A stretch of DNA of 64,000 bases from Felis catus (taxonomy: Eukaryota): contig NC_058383.1 in NCBI RefSeq assembly GCF_018350175.1, forward strand, positions 28,274,001 to 28,338,000. Reading direction: 5' to 3'. Below the pieces are notes generated by a model. The model was not told the DNA's origin. It did no database searches and worked only from the letters and a program-made list of their open reading frames with translations. This document shows positions 1-43,726 of this stretch, one piece after another (positions within the stretch are counted from its first letter, which is position 1; the number at the start of each line of letters is the position of its first letter). The position numbers were made by a program, and so were the translations under genes.

Positions 1-14
1 CCACTAGATGGCCC
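1..14 (+). promoter_or_regulatory. Candidate CTCF core motif in intron 9
   Basis: CCACTAGATGGC matches the CCRSYAGRKGGC core; the left flank is cut off by the window edge. Confidence 0.35.
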
Positions 15-83
15 CACTCCCAGTTAAGAGAACCAAAATTGTCTCCATACATTTTCCAAACATCTCCTGGAAGGATAAAATTA

Positions 84-262
84 TCCTGGTTCTCAAACAT
101 GGTTTCACACTATTACCTGGGGAGTTTAAAAAACATTGGTGCCCAGGTCCCACCCAAAATCAGAGGTCCTGATTTTGTGTGTCAGTGGTGTAGCCTGGGG
201 ACCAGGGGTTTTGGAAGGTCTCCAGGGGAGGCTAACTTACAGACAGGGCTGAGAACCAATGA
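84..262. mobile_element. MER5-like hAT relic; related fragments at about 13950-14110, 19355-19490, 21070-21215
   Basis: Terminal inverted repeats tggttctca...tgagaacca with an internal cccaggtcccaccc motif. Confidence 0.7.
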
Positions 263-1100
263 CCAGCCCACGGTTCCTGACTATCTCCTAGGCAGTCTCT
301 TGTCAACCCTGCTCAAGCAGTGTCTTTGCCCCAGAAGCTAAGAAATGAAGGAACCAAGAAATTCCTTTAAAGCTGGATGTACAGGGGCGCCTGGGTGGCT
401 CTGTCGGTTAAGCATCCAAGATCAGCTCGGCTCATGATCTCAGAGTTCCTGGGTTTGAGCCCCACATCGGGCTCTGTGCTGACACCACACAGCCTGCTTG
501 GAACTCTCTCTCTCTTCTCTGTCCTTCCCCAACTTGCGCCCACTGTCTCGCTCTCTTTCTCACCCATAAATTAATTAAAACACAAAAACAAAACCAGCTG
601 GCTGTGTACAAATCCTATGTATTCCACTATCGAGGGAAAGGACGTCCTGCTCAGTGCAAATGGAGAGTTAGAAGCAGCCCAGAGTATCAACAGCAGAGAC
701 AGGATGTGAACCCGGATTTTCCCACGTCAGGTGCCACCTAAGAAATTCAGCTACCCAGGCGCCTAGGTGGCTCAGTCGGTTAAGCGTCCGACCCTGGGTT
801 TCGGCTCAGGTCACAACCTCACTGTTTTGTGAGTTTAAGCTCCGCGTCAGGCTCCGTGCTGACAGTGCGGGGCCTGCTCCAGCTTCTCTCTCTCTGCCCC
901 TCCCCTGCCCACGTTGCTTTGGTCTCTTTCAAAATAAGTAAGTAAACTTAAAAAATTTGAAAAATAACAAGAAACCCAGCTGCCCGTGGCCGACAGGGCC
1001 CCAAGCAGATGCCCCACACCCACGGCTGAAATCAGCTTGGCTAAGGTCTCGCGCCTGATGGGTCAGTCCCCGCCACGTGCGGTCACGGGGGCCACCCTCA

Positions 1101-32072
<30,972 letters not shown>

Positions 32073-32906
32073 TCAGGTCATGACCTCCGCTTTGTGGGTT
32101 TCAGCCCTGCGTTGGCCTCCGTGCGGACAGCTCGTAACCTGCTTGGGATTCTCTCTCTGCCCCTCCCGCCCTCAAAATAAATAAACAAACTTAAACGTTA
32201 AAGAAAGAAAGAATTGAGGCAGGCCCTGTCTCACATAAGAGGTCCTAGGACCTGTCGCAAGTTCCACAATCGTCCAAGAGATCGGCACTGCCATTTGGAG
32301 GAACCCGGAAGGGTATTCTCCTGTCAGCTAAGGAATCCTTTGGTCGTCATGAATCATTCTACTTTGCAATCTTGTCAGCTGAGGGCTTTAGAAAGTCTGC
32401 TTCATCCCCACCACCGCCAGCATCACCTGCATCGGCATCATGGCTAACCCCCAAACGGCAGTCCTCTGTGCTAAGGGGACCCTGTTCTAAGTTCTTCATA
32501 TGGATTGCCTCCCTTCATTCTGTGAGGACTTCATCATTCCCCTTTCACGAGGGAAAGCTAAGGCACACAGAGGTTTGGTGATTCGTTCCTGCATCACCCC
32601 GCTGGTAAGATCTGAAGCCCAATTCGAACCCAGCCAACTTGGTTCGGAAGTCCCTGCACCGAACCACTAAGTTATCCAGCCTCAGAAATAAACTTGGTTT
32701 AATTGTTTATTTTTAAAAAAAAACCCACACGTATTTCATTAGAAACATGCCAAATAGGAGCGCCCGGGAGGGCTCAGCGAGTTGAATGTCTGACTGGATT
32801 TTGGCTAAGGTCATGATCCCAGGGTCGTGGGATCGAGCCCAGGGTCATGGGATGGAGCCCTGTGTTGAGCTCTAAGCAGAGGGTGGAGCCTGATTAAGAT
32901 ATTCTC

Positions 32907-32939
<33 letters not shown>

Positions 32940-34479
32940 GCCCCTCTCCCTCACTTGCACCCTCTGTCTAAAATAAAAAGCTTTTAACTTAAAAAAGAAA
33001 CATGTCAAACAGATAAGTAGCCAGACACGTAATCAACAGAATGGGTTTATCTGCCCAGGAAAAAAACTTTCAACCAACAGTTAGGACTTCTATAATGAAG
33101 AACTGAATTCGAGTCCTGATTTGACCACTGACCAGTTACACAACTTTGGGAAAGTTATTCCCCAACCGTGGGTCTTAATTTCCTATTTCTACCATGACTC
33201 GGTCAGGTAAGATTAGAGGTCTAAAGCAGGTGGCCCTCAGGCCAATTTGGCCCAGAGACAGTTTGTCGTTACTCCTGTTTTCCCATGCTTTTAAAAATCA
33301 TCTTCGCTTAGCTGCCAACATCCAAAATCGGGAAACTTCATGAAAAAACTTAGATCTGGCTTCTCTCAGAAAAGCAGGAAAGTCTGGCAGCACGGAACCC
33401 CAAATCCTGTTTTACAGCCCTCGCCAGGAGCTGGGGAGCGGCCTGGCTTAGGACAAGGTCAAGGCCCCATGCAGCCTACTTCTCACCCAGCAATCTCTCC
33501 CCACCACTGGCCGACGTGCCTTCCAGAAAGCTCCAGAGATCCCCGATCCCAACAGCCTCCACACATTCAGTTCAGCGAGACCACCAAGGAACTCCAAGGA
33601 ACCTGGAATCTTAGGGCTCCGTGACAAGCCTTAAAGCCACATCAAAGAACATTGAAAAAACAAGAAGGTAATGGGAACAGAAAGATCATTTCACTTAAAA
33701 AGCACATTTGACTATCTGATCAAACTACAAGCTTCGAGCTTCTCAGAAAAGAGACCTCATTATACACAACGTGAATATACTTAACGCTACTCAAGTCTAC
33801 ACTTCAAAATGGTTATTAAGATGCTTAATAAAAAGAAAGGATTTGACTTTTAAAAAGAGTGAGCGAGTGAGGGAGCTCTGGGTATTAACGAGGCACCTGA
33901 ACGGCTTCTTCTGAGGTGTAATTATTCTACGATATCAACAATTATTTTTTCCAGAACCAAGAACAAGAAATCATTGAGAAATAAACTTGAAAAGGTCACC
34001 ACACACAAAGGGGTTAGCTGGGAAACTTCTAGACACAAAGAAACCCGAAAAAGGACAAAAGTCCTGCCTCTGGGGACTTGGGCATGTGGAAGACGGCCTC
34101 GTCAACAAGAATGTGATCAGGAAGAAGAATGATTTATGTCGAAGACCCATTATTTTAACTACTTTCACGCCACCTGTAATTCTTCAGGTGGTGGTGCAAA
34201 CGAGATTGAACTGTTGGCGGTTGTGTTACATACAGAGCCGTTCCTTGACCAGTTGCCAGAAAAACCTCATTCCAAAGAATGTGCCCTTCCAGTGGAACAC
34301 AATGCTGCGCCTTAATGTATGCACTTGTGTATACCAGAAGGTCGGTTCGTGTGTGAGACATCCCCAATTATTCCTTGCCTGGACTCCCGCAGTCATTTCC
34401 TAACCATTCCCCTGCTTCAGCCCTCCGGGCCCCCCCTCAGGGCTTCCTTCCACCCAGCGCAGCCAAGTTACCTTACGTA

Positions 34480-34740
34480 TCTAGACATCCATGCATGCAT
34501 CCAGATACATACCTACCCCCCCATCCATGAGCCCGTCCACACATCATCCATCCACTAGTCTATCTAGTCAGCTACCCGCTCACCCATCCGTGCACCAACT
34601 CCTCCACCTACCCACTGAGCCATCTACCCATGCATGCATCCACCCATCCACCCATCCTCTACAAATGCAACCATGCATGCACACATGCCCACCCATCAAC
34701 CACCCACCCACACACCCAACCACCCAGGCATCCAGCCATG
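34480..34740. repeat. Degenerate (CCAT/CCAC)n low-complexity tract
   Basis: Repeated catcca, cccac and catgcat units. Confidence 0.75.
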
Positions 34741-37700
34741 TTTCTCTGTGTTAATTCTGTGAGCTAAAAATTTTTCAAATCACACACAATGGCATACATG
34801 TGGTGAAAGAGAAGCCTCCCTCCCCGAATCTGCAGCCCCCATTCCACCCCACAGGCAAAACTACCATTGCTAACATCCAAGTATCTTCCAGATACATTAT
34901 CTTGTTTCCCCAGAAAGCACAATACATAACCCATTCTGTATCTTGCTTTTTAAAAAAAATACCAGACGCTGATTTTAATCAATAAAATAGAGGTCTTATT
35001 CCTTTTTTTTTTTTAGTTTTTTTAAATGTTTATTTATTTTTGACAGAGAGAAAGAGAGAGAGAGACAGAGAGTGAGCAGGGGAGGCGCAGAGAGAGAGGG
35101 ACACACAGAATCTGAAGCAGGCTTCAGGCTCTGAGCTGTCAGCACAGAGCCCGACCTGGGGCTCAAACTCACAAACTGTGAGATCATGACCTGAGCTGAA
35201 GCTGGATGCTCAACTGACTGAGTCACCCAGGCGCCCCTAGAGATCTTATTCTTGAGAACTTAATTTTATTTCTTTTGAAAAAGGAAAAGTGACCAGCCAT
35301 CTTCCCACCCTGAGTCCCTAGGTCCTGTCTCTAGGAGCAACCATTATTGTTTTTTTGTGCATCCTGCCAGAAACTATTTTATGCGTGTATATTAACAAAA
35401 ATACATATTTTCTGTTACCAAATGGAAGGCCACATACTTCTTACACTGTTCTGTCCCTTGCTTTTTTCTCTGAAGAATTTTTTTTAAGTTTATTGAAGTA
35501 CTCTCTACACCCAGCGTGGGGCTCAAACCCAGGACCCTGACATCAATAGTCACGTGCTCTTTCGACTGAGCCAGCTGGGCGCCCAGCTTTTCTCACTTAA
35601 TAACAGATCTGAAAGGTCATCCTACCCCGCACACAATGTGTTTCCTCATTCTTTGTTCCAGTTGCTTGGAATTCCGCTGTATGATGGACTTGACTTTATT
35701 TGACCAGCCTCCTGCTGAGTGGGTACTGGGTTGCTCTAAGAGACAAGCAATGCAGCAGGGATTTGACAACCTGGAAAGTGCCTCATTTCCCACACACGCA
35801 AGCATATTTGTAAGATGACTTTCCAAAAGGGAACCCGCTGGGACAAAAGGTGCCCGCTTTTAAAATTTAGACAGACATTGCCCCCCACAGGGGTATCAAT
35901 TTATACTCCACCTAACAAGGCACAAGCACGACAAGTTCCCCAACACCGTGTATTACAAGCTTTCCGACCTCTGCAGACGTGGTGGTGGAAAATACCTCTC
36001 TGGAGCTTAAATTCCTTTTCCCTTGGTGTTGAGTGAAATTGGAAGATCTTTCCATGTGTGCTTAAAAGCAGTAAGACTCTCCTGCTCAGAGGAAAATCTA
36101 CAGACTTAAATATTTGTGTTAACAGGGGGGCTTGGGTGGCTCAGTCGGTTGAGCGTCTGACTTCAGCTCAGGTCGTGATCTCAGGGTTCATGGGTTCAAG
36201 TCCTGCGTCGGGCTCTGTGCTGACAGCTCAGAGCCTGGAGCCTGCTTTGGATTCTATGTCTCCCTCTCTCTCTGCCCTCCCCCACTCGCACTCTGTCTCT
36301 CTCTCTCTCAAAATTTTTTTTAATATTTGTGTTAATAAATAGGACAGATCTGATTGTCCTCTCCCCTCTGGGTAACAACCTCAAATGGCTCCCTATCACC
36401 TTCAAAAGCTGATCCTTGCTACGGCTCATGAGGCCTTCCACATTTGAGCCCCATCTGTTTCTACTATAATTTCTCCCACTCCAATGTGTCAACACAGGCA
36501 TTCGCTCAAAGAAGCATGTACCAAGCACATGTCAGGCATTGTTCAAGGCTCTTGAGATTCAAGAGGGCCAGGGTTCCTGCTTTCAAGGCAATCCCCAGTT
36601 GCTGGTCAAATCAATGATTCTTTGAGATACTTCTTGCTAGATGCTCTCCCTACAATGTCTTTCTGCTGTAACAAACTCCTACACATCCTTCAAAACCCAA
36701 CTTGGATATCTCCTTTAAGAAGTTTTCCTTTCCCCCAACCCTGCTCCAAAACGGCTTTCCTCCCCACCAACCTTTGCAATGATTTTTTTTTTAAGTTTTA
36801 TTTATTTTTTGAGAGAGAAAGAGACTGGGTGTGAGCAGGGTATAGGCAAAGAGAGAGGGAGACACGGAATCCAAAGCCAACTCCAGGCTGTCAGCACAGA
36901 GCCCGATATGGGGCTCAAACTTCTGAACCATGAGAGCATGACCTGAGCCGAAGCCAGATGCCTAACCGACTGAGCCACACCTCTGTCCTACAAGGACCAT
37001 GCAAGGACCTCAGTGCCAGGACCATGTGTATTCACTCTTCGCTCCTCTCCTCCTCACCTGGCAGGTACCCAGAAGTTACTGGGTACCCATGCCATGCCTC
37101 CCCCCCACCTCCCCTGCCCAACATCATTTCCTATTTTGCTTTTAAGAAAAAAATAACGCATCCAAGTGGAACCTGGCTAGGACCCCCGGCTTTGTAGCTA
37201 CGGCCTGAAACTCAGGCCCTGACCTCGTGCGAACCCGCGCGGGTCACCTCACTTGTCCAAGCCTCAGTCCCCTCACCAGTAAAATGGTCAGGAAAATGCA
37301 AGGGCCTGGAAGGGTTTCGGCCACTTTCAAACGGCCTGACACGAGAGGTGCTTCGCCCGGGACTGGCCGGGTCCAGAGACGAGCGGTGACTGTCAGCAGC
37401 AGATGCTAATAATTACTGATGATCGCCACCACTGTCACCAGCACGGGCCGGAGTCAGGAAGCTTAAAGCGCAGAGAAACGCTCGAATCAGGAAGTAAGCA
37501 GGAGGAAACCAGGGAGCATCTAAGGATACGGGACTCCGGCAACGGGAGGCCGAAAACCACTCAGCTCAGCAAAGGAGGCGCTGGCTCTTCAGAAGCAGCT
37601 TCCCGCTCGAAGCCACACGCCTACTACACGCCCTCCCTGACCCAGAGGGAGAGGCGGGAGGGGGAGGCAGGGGAGGGGGGACACGGGAAGAGGGAAGATG

Positions 37701-39005
37701 GACTTCTGAACATGACGCTGCACTGCTGTGGGAAGCAGACAGTAGGCCACGGGCCCCCTGCCTCAGCCGGCCAACGGTGGCCCTGACGACCGTCACCGGA
37801 GGGCAGACAACAGCGTCAGGGCCTCCGGCGCGGCCCTCGCTGGCCGGGACTGGATGGAATCTTCTGTGCGAAGGGACCCCTGCCCCGCCTTGACCGTCCC
37901 CGGAGACCCGCAGCGTGACCCCGCCATCCGGGGTTTTGTGGGCAACAGTGACGCAGAGGGCCCGCTGGATGGCTTCGGGAAGGATCCCGATTCCCGGGGA
38001 GCCTGCCGGCCCCTCGTGGCTCCCCACCCTGGGGCTGGCCGCCACCCTGCTCCTCCTCCCCGCGGCCCTGCCCCCCGGATCTGGGGGGCTTCGGAAATCA
38101 GGCTGGCGTGACCTCTGCTCTCTGATTCTGCGGACGGAGCGGCCGTCGGCCCGATGCTGGTGACAACATTCAACCTGGGGGGAGGCCAGTCCAGGAAACA
38201 GTCACCAGCGCTGGCCCAGGAGGGCGCCCGGCGGGGGGAATGTGGTCCAAGGAACCCTTCGTACAGAAGGTGCGTCGCGGATTCCCCCGGCCGCGGCTTC
38301 TTCCACAGGACGCCTCCACAGCTCGGTCACCCTTTTATGCGCCCCATCCCCCGCCCTCAGCGCCGACACTCGAGGATGTGGGGCACGAGCCCAAGTGGGC
38401 TTGGCCCGCGTGCTTCGGGAGTTCGTGAAATTTCTACTGAGTGGTGTCACCTCTCATCCGTCTCCCGGGGCAGAATAACGACAGGCAGCTGAGCACCTGA
38501 CGTACCAGGCACGTCAGCCAGTCCTTAGAAGAGACGCTGCCGCCAGCCCCATTACACAGACGAGAAAGCCAAGGCACTAGGCAGGAAGAAACCTTCCCAA
38601 AGGCCATGCTGCACTGGCTCTACGTTGTCCCCACCCCAACCCACACATACATCCCCCTCCTCTGCTAACAGCCCCTGGCCGTCGTTCATAAACAAATCCT
38701 CCTGCACCCTCAGCCGCACACTCGGGGCAAAGCTCCCGGGCCAGGCCCTCATTAGAACCAGGCAATCAGCAGAGTCCTTCACCTGCTTGCTGGCGATTAG
38801 ATCTAGAAGGGCCGCCTAATCCACATCAATCCCATCACAGCAAAGATGCTACTCTCTTGTCCCCAGTGATGGAGGGTGAGGACGTGGGATTTACAGGTGT
38901 CTCGGCTATTTACGAGACAAGCACCAAAAGTTGGGAGGAGAAAGAAGAAGTGTCACCACCATGGAGAACTGAGAACAAAGTGGACATTACAAAAGGTAGA
39001 GACGA

Positions 39006-39529
39006 CCTATGACCCAGCGAGAGCACTGCTACCCCAATGTTTACAGCAGCACTCTCAACAATAGCCAAATTATGGAAAGAGCCTAAATGTCCATCAACCG
39101 ATGAATGGATAAAGAAATTGTGGTTTATATGCACAAGGGAGTACTACATGGCAATGAGAAAGAACGAAATATGGCCCTTTGTAGCAACGTGGATGGAACT
39201 GGAGAGTGTGATGCTAAGTGAAATAAGCCATACAGAGAAAGACAGATACCATATGTTTTCACTCTTATGTGGATCCTGAGAAACTTAACAGAAACCCATG
39301 GGGGAGGGGAAGGAAAAAAAAATAAATAAAGAGGTTAGAGTGGGAGAGAGCCAAAGCATACGAGACTGTTAAAAACTGAGAACAAACTGAGGGTTGATGG
39401 GGGGTGGGAGGGGGGGGGGTGGGAGATGGGTATTGAGGAGGGCACCTTTTGGGATGAGCACTGGGTGTTGTATGGAAACCAATTTGACAATAAACTTCAT
39501 ATATTGAAAAAAATAAAAATAAAAAAAAT
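39006..39529 (+). mobile_element. 5'-truncated young felid LINE-1 (ORF2 C-terminus, 3'UTR, A tail)
   Basis: ORF 39037-39279 (MFTAALSTIAKLWKEPKCPSTDEWIKK...) is the L1 ORF2 C-terminus; G-rich 3'UTR; perfect 15-bp TSD aaaaggtagagacga at 38991-39005 and 39530-39544. Confidence 0.95.
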
Positions 39530-40199
39530 AAAAGGTAGAGACGAAAGAAAAATGGTTCTTGGTGCCATGGGGGGGGGGGGCAGGGGAGGTGCTGCTGGAC
39601 TTCACCCACGGTCCTTCCTCCCACAGCACCTCTCCAATAAATCCACTTTATTGTTTCACAAACTTTTTTTAAGTAAGCTTCACACCCAATACAGAGCCCA
39701 ACGCAGGGCTTGAACTCACGACCCTGAGATGAAGCCCTGAGCTGAGATCAAGAGTCGGACGCTTAACCGACTGAGCCACCCAGGCACCCTGTTTACACAA
39801 GTTTAAAATGAATTTGCTCTCACTTACAACAGAAAGCATCCTAATAATACAAGTTCTGATCCACTGAATCAACTTTTATACAAGACTGTGATTCAGAATT
39901 TGACATGCATGAATTTAGGGCTTATTCCACTGCGAGCAGTAGTATACTTTCTGGGTAAATCACTAATCTTCTCTGAGGCTCAAACAATCCACCAGCCAAG
40001 TGGGGATACTGCCTTCTTCTCCAAAGGGGCCCATAAAAACCCATACATATGTTGATTATTACTATTATTTACAACCTCTTCAGCTGACTTTTTTAGAGCC
40101 CACTTCTTTCCTTCTGTTCTCCCCTTTTCCTATTCTTCTCCACTACCCCACCCCATTTCCCCAAAAAACTATTCCCTGGTCTCTTAAAGACACAGTTTC

Positions 40200-40640
40200 C
40201 TTCCTTATTTGCTGTGTGACCTTAGACAGGTTACTTAGCCTCTCTGAGCCTCATCTCTGACTAAGGCTAAGAATACTTCTCTCCTAGAGCTATTCTCAAG
40301 ATTAAATAAAATTGCATGCACACAGGGTCCTACACACTCAGTAGAGAACTACTGTCAGTAACCTTAATTCTTACACCAGTAATGGAAATAAATGAAGTTT
40401 ATATCGTTAAACTCTTAATATGGTGATCTTACATTGTTATTGATAATTAACAATACCACCTAGCATTAACTCAACACTAACTACGTGCCAGGCATTATTT
40501 CTATGCGTTTGAAGTGAATTAATTCATTTAACCTCCATGACTACTTAGAAAGGAGGTTTTGTTTTGATGCCCCTTTGAGAGGTGAGGAAATTGAGACAGA
40601 GAAGACACACAGCTTGTATGTGATGAGGCTGGGACTCAAA
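40200..40640. mobile_element. MIR relics; others at about 2470, 16110, 16960, 26170, 32540, 42345, 54030, 55310, 56850, 60860
   Basis: gctgtgtgaccttagacaggttacttagcctctctgagcctca and the reverse core gaggaaa(c/t)tgag. Confidence 0.7.
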
Positions 40641-40789
40641 CTTAGAAAGTGTGATTACTGAACTGTCCGCCAGGGATGGGTAACATGAATTTTAGCAGGC
40701 CCTTCTGGAGCTGCGCCTGCAACCGTGAAAAATCTGGGCCAAGAAGATGTGAATCCTCAAATCGTCACCAAGTTCAGAACCCCCTACCT

Positions 40790-41280
40790 GTACTCACCGC
40801 CTATGGCTGCCGTTACAAATCACCACAAACTGGGTGGCTTCAAAGAACACAAATATTCAATCATACAGTTGCAGAGGTCAGGAATCTGAAAGGGGTCTCG
40901 GGCAGGGCTGCGTTCCTTCAGGAGACTCTAATGGAGAATCCGTTTCCTTGCCTCTTCCAGCTTCTAGAAGCTGCCCACATTCCATGGCCCACTGCCTCTG
41001 CTTCCATCTTCAAAGCCAAGGACACCAGACCAAGTGCCAGTCACACTGCCGCCTCTCTGAATTTACTCTCTTGTGTCTCCCTCTTGCACATACAAAAACC
41101 CTCGTGATACCTGGGCCCACCCAGATAACCCAGGACCCCTGCCATCTCAAGGTCAGCTATGACCTTGAGCCTATTTGCACCCGCCATCCGCCTTGCCCTC
41201 TGCTGTGCAACATCACATAATCACAGGTTCCACGGACCAGGCCACGGGCATCTTTGGAGAGGCCATTATTCGGCCCACCA
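40790..41280 (-). mobile_element. MLT1-type (ERVL-MaLR) solo LTR
   Basis: ggctgccgttacaaatcaccacaaactgggtggctt...ccttgcctcttccagcttctagaagctgccc...ggccattattc. Confidence 0.8.
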
Positions 41281-42544
41281 GGTGCCCTCAGGTTTACTCT
41301 GGTCCATCCTGAGCTCCATTCAATGGCTCTCCCTCACCCTCACTCCTCTTGGCTGGGTCAGGTCGAGAAGCCACCCCAGTCGTGCCCAGCACAGGCAAGT
41401 GTCACCCCACACTTAGCTGGCCGGCCCCACTCGGTTCAATCAAGCTGGTCACAGAAGCACCATGTGCCGGTATCTCCTCGGTCGGAGCCCCGCGGGGATT
41501 CCCCGCCGTCCTGATGCTCCGGCCTGGCCAACGCAGCTTCTGGAGGGACACCAGACAGGGGCCTGCAGGGACAAGGGAAAGAGCTTTGCCCGGGGTCCTG
41601 CTAGCTGACCCCAGAACAGGAGGGGTGCAGGGAGACAACAGAGGGGAACTTAATTATGAATCTGAACTGCTCCTCTGTGCCACCTGAGTCTGGGAGTAAA
41701 GGTTGCTCTGACCTAGTTAATTACAAGGACAGACTCTGAAATGGGCATTCCACTGGGGCCTGAAGCGATCAGCTCAATAATGTATCACATTCTGCTTTCC
41801 ACCACTAAGTGGACAATTATTTATCAGGAGAGTACTGTGTGCCAGTAACATCTGGAGGTCAAGGTTCTACTCTCAGAGTATCATTCTAGCAAAAGAGGCA
41901 GGGGCGTCTGGGTGGCTCAGTCGGTGAAGCATCTGATGAGGTCATGATCTCACAGTTCATGGGTTCGAGCCCTGCGTCGGGCTCTGTGCTGACAGCTCAG
42001 AGCCTGGAGCCTGCTTCAGATTCCGTGTGTGTGTGTGTGTATCTCTCTTTCTCTGCCCCTCCCCAGCCCTCTCTCTCTCAAAAATAAATTTAAAAAAAAA
42101 GTTAAAAAATTTAAAAGAAGAGGCAAATACTAAACAGATAAATAGCTATATGCCTGTCCAATGTTAGCAAATGCCCTGAAGAAGAGTAAAAGGGGGCAGA
42201 GAATAATGGTGGGTGGTAGGTGCTATTACAGAAAAAGAGCTCCGGGCCGGGATGATATTCCAGCATAGACCTGTAGGGAACATGTATGTGCCACCTTCCT
42301 CCATTAACAGCAACAAAACGACTGAGGGCTTACTGAGGTTCTCAGCGGCATGTGCCAGGACCGAGCTAAGTGCTTTATATTCCATTTAATCCTCACAAAC
42401 AACTCTGGAAGGCAGGCACTATAATTAAATCCATTTTACAGATATAGAAACTGAGGACAAGTGACATGACCTGCAAGCAGCATGCAGAGCCGGGAATTTA
42501 AATCAAGTGTAGATGCCTCTATCCACCAAGAAAATGTTCAGTTT

Positions 42545-43022
42545 GCTTTTTTTTTTTTTAACGTTTATTTTTTTTAAAGGTTTGCCAAATTTATCTTTTT
42601 AATTTTCTTTTTTTTTTACATTTATTTATTTTTGAGAGACAGAGAGAGACAAAGCGTGAGCAGGGGAGGGGCAGAGAGAGGGAGATACAGAATCCGAAAC
42701 AGGCTCCAGGATCCCAGCTGTCAGCACAGAGCCCGATGCGGGGCTTGAATGCACGAACTGTGAGATCATAACCTGAGCTGAACTTGGACGCTTAACCGAC
42801 TGAGCCACCCAGGCGCCCCTAATGTTTATTTATTTTTGAGAAACTGAGAGACAGAGCACGAGCAGGGGAGGGGCAGAGGGAGAGGAAGATACAGAGTCCG
42901 AAACAGGCTCCAGGCTCTGCGCTGTCAGCACAGAGCCTGATGTGGGGCTCAAACTTGTAAGCCACGAGATCGTGACCTGAGTCAAGTCGGACGTTTAACT
43001 GGACTGAACCACCCAGGCACCC
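42545..43022 (-). mobile_element. Nested SINECs: 42571-42819 inserted in the tail of 42820-43022
   Basis: Duplication taaYgtttattt at 42559-42570 and 42820-42831. Confidence 0.85.
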
Positions 43023-43478
43023 TTCTGTTTGTTTTTGAATCACATACATGTACTACTGTTCCCATTTAAAATTAGTATAAAAGGATCTATGGATGATTCT
43101 GGAGGCAGGGAAATTTTCTTAGAAAGATACAAGAAAAACAAAAGCTAGCAGCTACTACCTCCTGGCGAGCTGGCGAGAAGACATTATTCATTTTGTTTTA
43201 TTATCTTTAGCACTATTTGTATTTTTCACTCTGTAGGTATTACCTCTAAACTGCTAATAACAAAACCAATTCGCACTTTCAATAAACAAACGGCAACAGC
43301 AGGGACTTAAGGGTAGAAATTTCTAAATGCTGAGCTGGGCACAAAGAGAAAGCACGTATTTACTGGGCACCTATAATAACCCCAAGAGCTGAAATGCCAG
43401 GCAGAGTGCTAAGTGTTTTCCAGGCAGGAATCCATTCAAACCCCTACAAAGTCAGGACTATTAAAACTTCCCCTTCTC

Positions 43479-43726
43479 GGGGCGCCTGGGTGGCGCAGTC
43501 GGTTAAGCGTCCGACTTCAGCCAGGTCACGATCTCGCGGTCCGTGAGTTCGAGCCCCGCGTCGGGCTCTGGGCTGATGGCTCAGAGCCTGGAGCCTGTTT
43601 CTGATTCTGTGTCTCCCTCTCTCTCTGCCCCTCTCCCATTTATGCTCTGTCTCTCTCTGTCCCAAAAATAAATAAATGTCGAAAAAAAAATTTTTTTAAT
43701 TAAAAAAAAAAATTAAAAAAAAAAAA
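43479..43726 (+). mobile_element. Young felid SINEC with a long A tail
   Basis: TSD aaaacttccccttctc at 43463-43478 and 43727-43742. Confidence 0.95.

Noticed and set aside
384..460. tRNA genes suggested by A/B-box motifs (TGGCTCAGTCGG, GTTCGAGCC)
   Set aside because: These are tRNA-derived SINE heads followed by CT tracts and A tails, with no cloverleaf.
39037..39279. 80-aa ORF as an independent gene
   Set aside because: It is the C-terminal remnant of L1 ORF2 in a truncated insertion with no promoter.
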